Assembly (NCBI GenBank): GCA_048882385.1
Contig: JBHLRQ010000080.1
Coordinates: 1 to 14,436 of the forward strand
Direction: 5' to 3'
DNA length: 14,436 nucleotides
DNA from: Candidatus Thorarchaeota archaeon
Lineage (GTDB): Archaea > Asgardarchaeota > Thorarchaeia > Thorarchaeales > Thorarchaeaceae
Every line of letters begins with the position of its first letter. Position 1 is the stretch's first letter. Shown piece after piece: positions 1 to 8,049 of this stretch. The notes under the pieces were generated by a model. The model was given only the letters and a program-made list of their open reading frames with translations. It did not search any database and was not told where the DNA came from. The position numbers were made by a program, and so were the translations under genes.

Positions 1-912
1 TATGTTGCAGGGATGCTTTCTAGCCTTGCAAGTAACATGCCTGAAGCAGTCATTAGCGGCATAGCTGCTTTTGATGGTTGGGCAACAGGAAACCAAGACC
101 TCCTAGATATTGCTGTATTATCAGTTCTTATTGCCGCTGGGTTCAACATGTTACTTCTAGGATTCACCATCATAATATCTACAAAGGGCAAAGAGGACAT
201 GGAAGTACCAGAGGAAGCTATCAAGAAAGATTCAGTTTTGATAAGATGGACATTTGTAGCCCTACTTAGTATGTTTGCACTTGGAGTAATGGACTTGGTG
301 TCCCCGGATGGACCTATTGATCCAAGATTTCCATCTATCGCATCATTTGTACTTTTTCTATCATATCTTATCTATGCAGGAGCTTTGACTACGGGAGATG
401 TTGTAGATGGGGAAACCAAACCCAGAGCTAAAGCCAGCCACTCGAAGAGGTCTGCTGCAATCTTATCATTAATGGGCTTTGTTGGAATCTTTTTTGCTGG
501 CGAGATTCTGACAAGCTCTGTCGAATTACTACTACAAGATTATCATGAGGTCATTGGACTTTTTGGAAATCAAGTTGCCATTGCAGCACTTATTCTTGGA
601 GCCGCAGGAGCTCTTCCGGAACATGGGATAGCACTTATTGCGGCTGCAAAAGGAAAGGTTGGTTTGGCTGTAGGTAACCTCATTGGAGGAGTCCTTCAGA
701 TTGTACTTCTAGTGATGGGAGGTATAGGAATATTCGTACCAATCCCATTAGACAGATACGTACTATTCCAGATAATGGTAATTGCTGGGAGTCTCTGGTT
801 CCTCAAACAAGCAATAACAGATGATCACAAACTAGATTTCTTTGAAGGAGCAATGATCATTCTGCTTCAGGCGTATGTGTTTGTACTTCTTATCGCTGGT
901 ACCCCGATATGA
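1..912 (+). CDS. Ca2+/cation antiporter (CaCA, Na_Ca_ex family), 5'-truncated by the window
   Basis: The frame is open from base 1. The protein is multi-TM with two alpha-repeat-like motifs (LASNMPEAVIS and AGALPEHGIA...AVGNLIGG). The first repeat lies at the window edge, so the true start is probably upstream. Confidence 0.85.
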   Translation, partial: YVAGMLSSLASNMPEAVISGIAAFDGWATGNQDLLDIAVLSVLIAAGFNMLLLGFTIIISTKGKEDMEVPEEAIKKDSVLIRWTFVALLSMFALGVMDLVSPDGPIDPRFPSIASFVLFLSYLIYAGALTTGDVVDGETKPRAKASHSKRSAAILSLMGFVGIFFAGEILTSSVELLLQDYHEVIGLFGNQVAIAALILGAAGALPEHGIALIAAAKGKVGLAVGNLIGGVLQIVLLVMGGIGIFVPIPLDRYVLFQIMVIAGSLWFLKQAITDDHKLDFFEGAMIILLQAYVFVLLIAGTPI

Positions 913-1537
913 CATGAGGTAGAATGGCACGTAGGTCATCCTCAAGAATCACAACATCAGCGGCACTAGCTACATCAGGGTGCTCAGGATTGAAGGCGAT
1001 AGAAAGACCGACTTTAGAAAAAACACTAACATCATTGCGTCCGTCTCCTATGAAAGCAGTATCTTCTAGAGATACACCAAAGTGTTCATTGATTTTACCA
1101 ATCTCGTTAGCCTTACCTCCCCAAGCTACAAGATTTTCAACAGTGCCTGTCAAAATACCGTTCTTGTGATGGAGTTTGTTCGTCATGACATAGTCAATAC
1201 CAAGTCTCCTTGCAATGTCGTCAGCCATTATGTCCAAACCTCCTGAAAGTATTGCTGTGTCAATTTTGTGTTCCTTTAGTGTTTGAATGGTTTCACTTGC
1301 ACCAGGAACCAACTTCGCGTTTCGAACTGTTTCCATTACTTTAGCCAAAGGTTTGTTACTCCAAAGAGCAGCATCAAGATCAGCCCATTGATCATAGGTT
1401 ATCTCTCCGGCAAAATACTGATCGTAGTATATTTTCCCCTCTTTTGTTGTCCCGAATAATTCGTGAATTCTCCACCAGATACTACTGTGTTTGGTGAGAG
1501 TACCGTCCACATCAAAGACTACTAGCTTGACCGACAA
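890..1537 (-). CDS. HAD-superfamily phosphatase, phosphoserine phosphatase (SerB)-like, subfamily IB
   Basis: Motifs FDVDGTL, LSGG, K (GGKA) and IGDGRND. TTG start with GAGGT upstream. Overlaps the convergent CaCA gene by 23 bp. Confidence 0.85.
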   Translation of the reverse strand: MSVKLVVFDVDGTLTKHSSIWWRIHELFGTTKEGKIYYDQYFAGEITYDQWADLDAALWSNKPLAKVMETVRNAKLVPGASETIQTLKEHKIDTAILSGGLDIMADDIARRLGIDYVMTNKLHHKNGILTGTVENLVAWGGKANEIGKINEHFGVSLEDTAFIGDGRNDVSVFSKVGLSIAFNPEHPDVASAADVVILEDDLRAILPHVISGYQR

Positions 1538-1578
1538 TAGAAAAACCTCTGAAAATCTATTGAAAAGAAGAAAATGAT

Positions 1579-2244
1579 TTACTTTTCAGCCTCTCGTTCC
1601 CGCTCTTCCTTTGCTTCTCGCTCAAGATCTTCTAAGAGTTCATCAATTCTTTTCTCTTCAGAGGATTCAGCCTGACCTTCTTTCGGTCGCTTCCCGCTCT
1701 CAACACCAAGAGGTGGAAGAACTCCTTCTTTCTCAAGAAGAACTTCAGCTTCCATCGCTTCCAACTGACGATCAATTCTTTCTTCACTTTCAATAGTGGA
1801 GTCTGCACCTGAGAGATCTTCAGATAGTAATTCTCCAGCGATTGAAATTGATTCGAAGGATTCTGATAATTTGTCGAGTTGCGTCTGAATCTCTTCAGGC
1901 TGCAGCATTGATCGTGCTTCTGTTAGTGCATCATTTGCGATAGTGAATGCTCGAAGTACCTCTGCTTGAGTTTTAGCTTCCTCCAAGTTTAATAAAGCAG
2001 TTTCAAGGGTGAGGAACTGCTGCTGATATCGAGACCTACGATTTTCAAGATCAACCACAATGGTAAGATGAGACCTGGCTAATGATCTATTTCCTTGAGA
2101 CATCGCATCCTTCGCGGATTTTTGCTCCTCTGTCATCCTAGTCTCAAGTCTTCGCATCCTTAGGGTCAGAGCATTCATTGTGCCCTTCATCTCAAGGATT
2201 CCACGTTCTGTATCTACTTTCTTTTTGCCACTCAGGAATCCCAT
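1579..2244 (-). CDS. Snf7-family ESCRT-III protein (Vps20/32/60-like, subclass tentative)
   Basis: Probable start ATG at 2244 (MGFLSGKKK, GGTG upstream), 221 aa. Basic N-terminal helical hairpin (AKDAMSQGNRSLARSHL, TLETALLNLEEAKTQAEVLRAF) and acidic C-terminal half (ESEERIDRQLEAMEAE) are typical of Snf7. Confidence 0.85.
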   Translation of the reverse strand: MGFLSGKKKVDTERGILEMKGTMNALTLRMRRLETRMTEEQKSAKDAMSQGNRSLARSHLTIVVDLENRRSRYQQQFLTLETALLNLEEAKTQAEVLRAFTIANDALTEARSMLQPEEIQTQLDKLSESFESISIAGELLSEDLSGADSTIESEERIDRQLEAMEAEVLLEKEGVLPPLGVESGKRPKEGQAESSEEKRIDELLEDLEREAKEEREREAEK

Positions 2245-2360
2245 GATGTACACCAATTTTGGCCTTACAACTCTACTCGTGATTTGACGCATTTAAGGTA
2301 TTGTACAACTACCGGACTAGTAATATATAGGAACAAAATTCCTCAAGACCGTGCGACAAC

Positions 2361-3170
2361 ATGACAGCTCTAATGACCATCAAGGATGCTATCATAGCTG
2401 CAAAGAAGAGTATCATCGATAATTTGGATAATGCTTCTGAAAAGACTGGCACTGTGAATCAATACGGTGATAAAACCTTGCTCCTGGATGCACAGGCAGA
2501 AGAAGAAATACTCTCTGTTCTTACAAGCTCTGGAATAGAATTTACAATTCTTAGCGAGGAGAAGGGATTTGTAAGGAGTGAAAAAAAACCTGAATATTTA
2601 GCAATTGTTGATCCTATTGATGGTTCTGCCAACCTTGAACGAGGACTCCCTCTTGTATCAATTGGCATCTCCATAATCCCCTATCAAGACACTATGACAT
2701 CAGACGATGCAGAAATCAGCGTTATTGATTCAGTTTTTACAGATGAAATGTATGTTGCCATTTCTGGAAAAGGAGTCAGGAGAAATGGAAGGAGCATTAA
2801 GGTTCGAAAACCTGTTTCGCTCGAGAATGCTATCGTTTCATACGACACCAAGAAAACTTGGGACAGCGAATTCATGAAGAAATCCTTGAATACAATCAAA
2901 GCGTTACATGATATTCGTAGGTCAGCAAGTAACCTATTGGACTTGTGTTGGACTGCTGCTGGTTTTCTAGATGGATTGGTAGATCTAAGGAACATGCTAC
3001 CCATAATTCATCTCTGCGGTACGCACATGGTGTTTGAAGCTGGAGGTTTTGTACTTGATATGACTGGAAAACGATTCAATAGTCCATTAGAACCTGAGAT
3101 AATGATGAATATTGTTGCAGCATCAAATGAAACTCTCGCTCGACAAATCTTAGCTTACTTCCAAGGTTAG
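2361..3170 (+). CDS. Inositol monophosphatase / archaeal FBPase-IMPase family protein
   Basis: GDKT..LD..AE, ILSEE, VDPIDGSAN and EAGG motifs. AT-rich TAATATATA about 30-40 nt upstream. Confidence 0.88.
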   Translation: MTALMTIKDAIIAAKKSIIDNLDNASEKTGTVNQYGDKTLLLDAQAEEEILSVLTSSGIEFTILSEEKGFVRSEKKPEYLAIVDPIDGSANLERGLPLVSIGISIIPYQDTMTSDDAEISVIDSVFTDEMYVAISGKGVRRNGRSIKVRKPVSLENAIVSYDTKKTWDSEFMKKSLNTIKALHDIRRSASNLLDLCWTAAGFLDGLVDLRNMLPIIHLCGTHMVFEAGGFVLDMTGKRFNSPLEPEIMMNIVAASNETLARQILAYFQG

Positions 3171-3232
3171 CTAACATTTCAGACATATCAGACCTTTTAT
3201 TAGACACACACTTGCGCCCGACTTTGATTGCA

Positions 3233-4042
3233 ATGTCAAAACCTCCTGTCCCTCCTGAGATTGTTGCGAACATGAAAGGTGTGAAACACAAGATTGTGAT
3301 TTTGTCTGGCAAGGGTGGTGTTGGTAAAACAACTGTGGCTACAAACTTGACAGTGTCATTTGCCAAACGCGGGAATTCCGCAGGTATTCTGGATGTAGAT
3401 ATTTATGGCCCTAATGTTCCAAAATTACTAGGATTGGAAGGACAACATCCCACAGCTAACGGTGAGTTCATTGACCCCATTCTTGGTCCACTCGATGTCA
3501 AAGTAATGAGTATGGGCTTTTTGCTAAGGAAAGATGATGATGCAATAGCTTGGAGAGGACCACTTGTTGCTAAAGCAATCAGTCAGTTTTTAGCGAATGT
3601 TCAATGGGGCGTATTAGACATTCTTGTGGTTGATCTTCCACCTGGAACCGGTGATGAGATTCTTAGTATTTTGCAGCTAATTCCAAACATTGATGGTGTT
3701 GTCATTGTATCAACTCCACAAGAAGTAGCTGTACTTGATGCACGTAGGGCCATTCAACTTGTGGAAAAGATGGGAGTACCTGTTCTTGGTATTGTCGAAA
3801 ACATGTCCGAGTTTGTTTGTCCAAAGTGCGGTGAGTCATACAAATTGTTTGGTGAAGGAGCTGCAAAGAGAGCATCAGAAGAGTACAAGGTAGATCACCT
3901 TGGAGCTCTACCATTGGATCCAAGAATCATAACATTAAGTGATGAAGGAACACCATTTGTAATTCAGGATTCAGACTCTAAGGCTGCAAAAGCATTCTCT
4001 GCAGTGGTAGACAAATTGGAGGAAAAAACAGACATGAAGTAA
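3233..4042 (+). CDS. mrp: Mrp/NBP35/ApbC family Fe-S cluster carrier ATPase
   Basis: SGKGGVGKTT, DVDIYGP, WRGP, DLPPGTGD, STPQ and ENMS..CPKC motifs. ATG at 3233 is preferred over TTG at 3212, with TTTTATT about 35 nt upstream. Confidence 0.93.
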   Translation: MSKPPVPPEIVANMKGVKHKIVILSGKGGVGKTTVATNLTVSFAKRGNSAGILDVDIYGPNVPKLLGLEGQHPTANGEFIDPILGPLDVKVMSMGFLLRKDDDAIAWRGPLVAKAISQFLANVQWGVLDILVVDLPPGTGDEILSILQLIPNIDGVVIVSTPQEVAVLDARRAIQLVEKMGVPVLGIVENMSEFVCPKCGESYKLFGEGAAKRASEEYKVDHLGALPLDPRIITLSDEGTPFVIQDSDSKAAKAFSAVVDKLEEKTDMK

Positions 4043-4067
4043 ACTGGAGTATTGGATTGGGCAGTAT

Positions 4068-4562
4068 CTAGTACTCCTCTTCTTCCTCTTCCTCAATCTC
4101 TTCTTCTATTTCCTCTTCTTCCTCTTCCTCAATCTCTTCTTCTATTTCCTCTTCTTCCTCTTCCTCAATCTCTTCTTCTACCGCCTTTTCCTCCTCCTCA
4201 TCGTCTAGGACTTCAATCTCCTCATCTTCCACTTCAGGTTCAGGTTCTGTTTCTGCTGAAATACCTGGTTTCAATTTGAGGATGTAGACGTACGCAATCG
4301 AGAAGCTAATTAGCCCAAGGAAAAGAGTAAGCCACAATGCACCATCCAGTCCAAACCATCTTAGGGGATCAAGAGCAACCATTGTCCTTGGCGTTCCCAA
4401 GATTACAACTTGGAACCACATTGCGATGACAAAAGCTAGTGGAATGCAGATAATTATCAAAAGGACAATAGACATGATAATCTCTGCAGTGTATTTCAAA
4501 ATTCGTCTTAATGTGCTGTCAACAGCCTTTTTCGCCACAGACAATTTCGCTCGCCTTGCCAT
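4068..4562 (-). CDS. Hypothetical 2-TM membrane protein with a very acidic C-terminal tail
   Basis: Basic N-terminus, two hydrophobic segments, then about 60 mostly Glu residues ending ...EEEEEEEY. Start position uncertain. Confidence 0.75.
   Translation of the reverse strand: MARRAKLSVAKKAVDSTLRRILKYTAEIIMSIVLLIIICIPLAFVIAMWFQVVILGTPRTMVALDPLRWFGLDGALWLTLFLGLISFSIAYVYILKLKPGISAETEPEPEVEDEEIEVLDDEEEEKAVEEEIEEEEEEEIEEEIEEEEEEEIEEEIEEEEEEEY
4075..4180. repeat. Perfect 36-bp coding tandem repeat, about 2.9 copies
   Basis: Unit TCCTCTTCTTCCTCTTCCTCAATCTCTTCTTCTATT at 4075-4110, 4111-4146 and 4147-4180 (34 bp). It encodes IEEEIEEEEEEE on the minus strand. Confidence 0.95.
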
Positions 4563-4666
4563 GGCACAATGTGAACTCCATTAAAACCTTCTGGCTGAGA
4601 AACAGATGTACAAAAATAAACGAAGAAGTTAATGGCTCTCAGTCATCATTAGCATGAGGGAAAGAT

Positions 4667-5119
4667 GTGAAAAAGAGAACCTGTCTTAGATGTGGGAGTA
4701 CGGACTTGTATACAGGAGTAATATTTGATCAAACACAATATGCAAAGTCACCGTTGATATTTCGAAGAAAATCAGAGCTACAATCAGGACCAGATTATGT
4801 TCCTCTAAATGCTATTCTCTGCAAAACTTGCGGTCATATTGAGCTATTGGCTAATCCAGGTTCTTTCATACAACCAAGACGACGAGAATGTCCACATTGT
4901 GGAGCAATCTATTCGTATCGCATAGAGGATGAAATCCTAACAAATGTCGTCAGATGTTATAATTGTAACAAAGAATTCGGAATCCATCCTCCAATAGTTT
5001 GTCCATCCTGTGGAGCTACATATCTCTATAGTAAAGAAAGAGTCATTGAAGGAACAGTTGTTTGTCAAAACTGCGAAATGGTCATCTTAGTTGAAGACTC
5101 TTATGAAGCAGAGGAGTAA
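4667..5119 (+). CDS. Multi zinc-ribbon protein (six CxxC motifs, about three ribbons)
   Basis: CLRC, CKTC, CPHC, CYNC, CPSC and CQNC. GTG start with GAGGG upstream. Confidence 0.8.
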   Translation: MKKRTCLRCGSTDLYTGVIFDQTQYAKSPLIFRRKSELQSGPDYVPLNAILCKTCGHIELLANPGSFIQPRRRECPHCGAIYSYRIEDEILTNVVRCYNCNKEFGIHPPIVCPSCGATYLYSKERVIEGTVVCQNCEMVILVEDSYEAEE

Positions 5120-5154
5120 TCAAAGAAATCGATCATGTATTGTTAGTAGAACTA

Positions 5155-5255
5155 AGAAAGCAGGGAGAAGGGGGCCCGTAAAAATCGGGTCGGACGGTTG
5201 GGAGAGAGGGAGGGAGTGACAGATTCATGATGGTCGCGATTCGGACCCCCTGTCC
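5155..5255 (-). ncRNA. Putative small RNA, locus 1 (terminal GC stem plus C/U-rich loop)
   Basis: On the minus strand AGGGGGUCCG (5251-5242) pairs with CGGGCCCCCU (5178-5169) with one G-U, extended by AAUCG/CGAUU. Loop contains CUCCCUCCCUCUCUCCCAAC. TATA-like element about 25-30 nt upstream. Paralogous to 8050-8130. Ends are estimates. Confidence 0.6.
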
Positions 5256-5273
5256 AAGACATAATATGAATTA

Positions 5274-5288
5274 TTAGAATATAAGCAT
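5274..5288 (-). promoter_or_regulatory. TATA-like promoter of putative sRNA locus 1
   Basis: GCTTATATTCTAA on the minus strand. The TATATTCTAA core is shared with locus 2 at nearly the same spacing. Confidence 0.55.
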
Positions 5289-5397
5289 TACTCATATTTA
5301 TTGATTGGTTTCCAAACTACTGAGCAGAAACCTTATGATAGGATAAGTCAAAGGTTTTAGTCTTGGATGTGTTATCTTCAAAGAGAGGTTGTATGCA

Positions 5398-6921
5398 ATG
5401 GGGCAAGTTAGTGGTTCAGATTGGGAGAACCGAATATTACTAGTCCTGTTTGTATTCATAACTGTCAGCTTCGCGGTTGCAGGTTTTTCTGGTCTAGCAT
5501 GGAGAATTCTTGAATTGACCGTGTTTTCATTCTGGATGGTCATAATCACATTCGCCCTTGCAATCTCTGCTGTTACTGTCTTGACATACTCTTTTGTTTC
5601 ATTTTCACAAAGTCGTGAAGTAAGACATCTAATGTTGCTTCTAATGAGTGCAAACATCATTCTCTGGGGAATCTTATTCCTCCTTTCTCACCCATCCTCA
5701 ATTGACTGGTCTGTATTATTCTCAGAGAGAAATAGAAATCGAACTTTGGCAATGGCACTTGTCCTTATTGTTATACCGACAGTCATTCTTGGTTCTTTCA
5801 CAGGAGAACTAAAACCTTCCAGACCAAGTGTGCTCCTACTTATCGTCTGGGGGACTGTAATCTTGCCAATTTTGAGCATTGGATTGTTCATAAGCCCTGA
5901 CCCTGTGTTCATCATGGTTACATCAGAAGGTGGAATTGAAGGACTGACCCCGATCGGTGCAGCGCTCTCTTTAGGATACCTCATTTCTCAGGTACTCGCT
6001 GTGCCACGACTTGCTCAGATATGGAGAAGGACTCGAAACACCCTTGATCTAGCACTTCTTCTAGCCATGATTCTCTGGCTTATCGGTACAGTCTTTATCA
6101 TTGTACTTTGGGACCCACTTCAAGTAGCTGAGCTAATATGGTTGACATCCATCATAGCTGGATTTCTCCTGATCGCATCGGTTCAATTCATCACATCTAT
6201 CATTTACCCTCATAGGCATCTTGAAACGATGGTGAATCAAAGAACTGAGGAATTGAATCTCTCAAAACAAGAGAGTGAGTTCTACCTAAGGATGTGGACA
6301 CACAAAATTGGAAATTTCCTGCAGGGCATGATTACATATCTCGACATTCTTGAGATATCTGAACAGAATAGTGAAGAAGATTTGAAGACAAGAGCAGCCG
6401 CTGGAGATTTGAGTAGAGAGGCTGCAATGGTGAATCACCAAGTTGTACAACTCTCAAGAATAAAGGAGAGCATGGATCAAGTATTATGGCCAGTTAATTT
6501 GGTTCAGCTTATAGATGACGCAATTATGTCTGCGAAAGAGCTGTTTGGCGAGGATATTTTCACAACAAGTCTTTCTGGACTCGAATCTCTGACTGTTGAG
6601 GGTGATAATCTCCTACCTTTAGCCTTTCAAAGCGCTATTGCCTTTCATTTGAAAAACCGCGTGACCAATAAGCCAGCTATATCATTTGAGATGTCAGAGA
6701 ATGAAGCAGGACCATTTGTGAAGGTCACAAGTCAAGGAAGACCCCTTCCAGAAGAACTCAAACTATTTCTGGAGGGGGATGGCATATCTGGAATGATTGC
6801 GCTGGATTTGGACCTCTTTACCATCAAGCTATTAATGAATCGTTACAAAGCAACAATTGGTTGTTCCCGAGATGATGAGAAGAATGAAAACTCCTGTACC
6901 TTTGTTTTTCCAAGAGTATAG
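5398..6921 (+). CDS. Multi-TM membrane sensor with a degenerate histidine-kinase-like (HisKA/HATPase) C-terminus
   Basis: About 7 TM segments, coiled coil LETMVNQRTEEL, H-box-like FYLRMWTHKIGNFLQG, and a HATPase-like region lacking canonical N/G boxes. ATG at 5398 with GAGGT upstream. Confidence 0.75.
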   Translation: MGQVSGSDWENRILLVLFVFITVSFAVAGFSGLAWRILELTVFSFWMVIITFALAISAVTVLTYSFVSFSQSREVRHLMLLLMSANIILWGILFLLSHPSSIDWSVLFSERNRNRTLAMALVLIVIPTVILGSFTGELKPSRPSVLLLIVWGTVILPILSIGLFISPDPVFIMVTSEGGIEGLTPIGAALSLGYLISQVLAVPRLAQIWRRTRNTLDLALLLAMILWLIGTVFIIVLWDPLQVAELIWLTSIIAGFLLIASVQFITSIIYPHRHLETMVNQRTEELNLSKQESEFYLRMWTHKIGNFLQGMITYLDILEISEQNSEEDLKTRAAAGDLSREAAMVNHQVVQLSRIKESMDQVLWPVNLVQLIDDAIMSAKELFGEDIFTTSLSGLESLTVEGDNLLPLAFQSAIAFHLKNRVTNKPAISFEMSENEAGPFVKVTSQGRPLPEELKLFLEGDGISGMIALDLDLFTIKLLMNRYKATIGCSRDDEKNENSCTFVFPRV

Positions 6922-7063
6922 ATTTCTCTCTACAAGATAAAGTCCATGAATTAGAGTATGATATTCGTGTAATCTCATGCAATCGAATCATGGGAGAAAG
7001 GAAGGAATGATGCAATTGACTGTGGTTTCTGATTTGGATCGATGCGTTCGGTGGTTTGGAAAA

Positions 7064-7984
7064 TCAATATGACTTCTTCAGATCGATGGTCACAGTACTC
7101 AAACCACTCTGACTGATTCTCGAGTCAAGAATAGTCAAATTTCTTCCTAGCGATTTCTCATAGAGGGCATAGATAAGTGATGTCGGACCTAAAGCGAGAA
7201 TAGGCGAAACAATCACTGCTACAAGAGGAATCAAGAATATCAAAAGAGAGAAACCACCTTCTGGTGGAGATATTAAAACGAATTGATACCACTCAACTGT
7301 TTGAATAATAGTAAATACATAAGCCACAAACGTTGATACTCCAGCAAATCCTTTCAATAACTTCAGCTACCAGTTACCAACTCCGTCAATATCTGTAGTT
7401 GCACGTGGAACAAGTTTTCTTTCACAGACTAATCCCTTATCTTGCATCAGCCACATGGGTGAAAAAATCAAAACAATGAAACTGACCAAGAGAAGGAGAA
7501 TAAAGAGTAGTGAGATACCAGAAACAATGGTCTGTGCTTCTGTGGCAAGAGATTCGAAACTCTCAGTCACAATGAGTGCATCGACTGCACTATTTGCATT
7601 GGAGATTGAATAAGAGAGTCCAAGAGATACGAGCCCGGGTAGAAACATACGACGAAGAGTAAATGATGTTGAAGATTTGGTATCAATCTGTTGAACATAA
7701 TAGTTATAGTTATTTCTTGTAATCCTCGAATGCATCCTCCAAAAGAAGACAGAAAGTTGGGGAGTCGCTATATAGACAACGCCCCCAATGAATATGGAGA
7801 TTAGATAGAGCTATAGAAAATCTAGAAGAATGTCTCCAGGAAGAACACGGTATATTCTCAACTCGTTGAAAGGAAAGGCACCTAGATATGTGAATGCAAC
7901 CGTCACGATAATAGTAGTGAGTACAATAATTTGGATGGTAAGAAAAAGCTTCCATGACCCTTTGGATTAAATCTCTAAACTCAT
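7064..7984 (-). pseudogene. Interrupted multi-TM membrane protein gene (306 codons, three in-frame stops)
   Basis: ATG at 7984 with GGAGTG upstream. One frame reads MSLEI*SKGSWKLFLTIQIIV...DILLDFL*LYLISIFIGG...MHSRITR...DGVGNW*LKLLKGFAG...KKSY. Stops are at 7967-7969 (TAA), 7811-7813 (TAG) and 7367-7369 (TAG). This joins the listed ORFs 7367..7735 and 7064..7357. Confidence 0.8.
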
Positions 7985-8049
7985 TTGTCTCACTCCAGTT
8001 TGAGTGTGAACATATTGGTTAGAAGATATATCCTAAGCTTGTACGATTA

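Noticed and set aside
2245-2292. N-terminal extensions in the ORF track (2292, and likewise 3212, 5389 and 10486)
   Set aside because: Downstream ATGs have better ribosome-binding or TATA context and match family N-termini.
4052-4279. 75-aa Leu/Pro-rich plus-strand ORF
   Set aside because: It is the antisense reading of the poly-Glu repeat.
5155-5255. tRNA or C/D or H/ACA guide RNA
   Set aside because: No TTCRA T-loop or cloverleaf, and no convincing terminal box C/D or ACA arrangement.
7367-7813. Genome-wide TAG reassignment
   Set aside because: TAG is the apparent true stop of several genes here (ending at 3170, 4068, 6921, 9077, 12286, 12305 and 13939), and the same gene also has a TAA.
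7710-7955. 81-aa ORF MEAFSYHP...
   Set aside because: It is an off-frame shadow of the pseudogene, whose own frame gives coherent TM segments.
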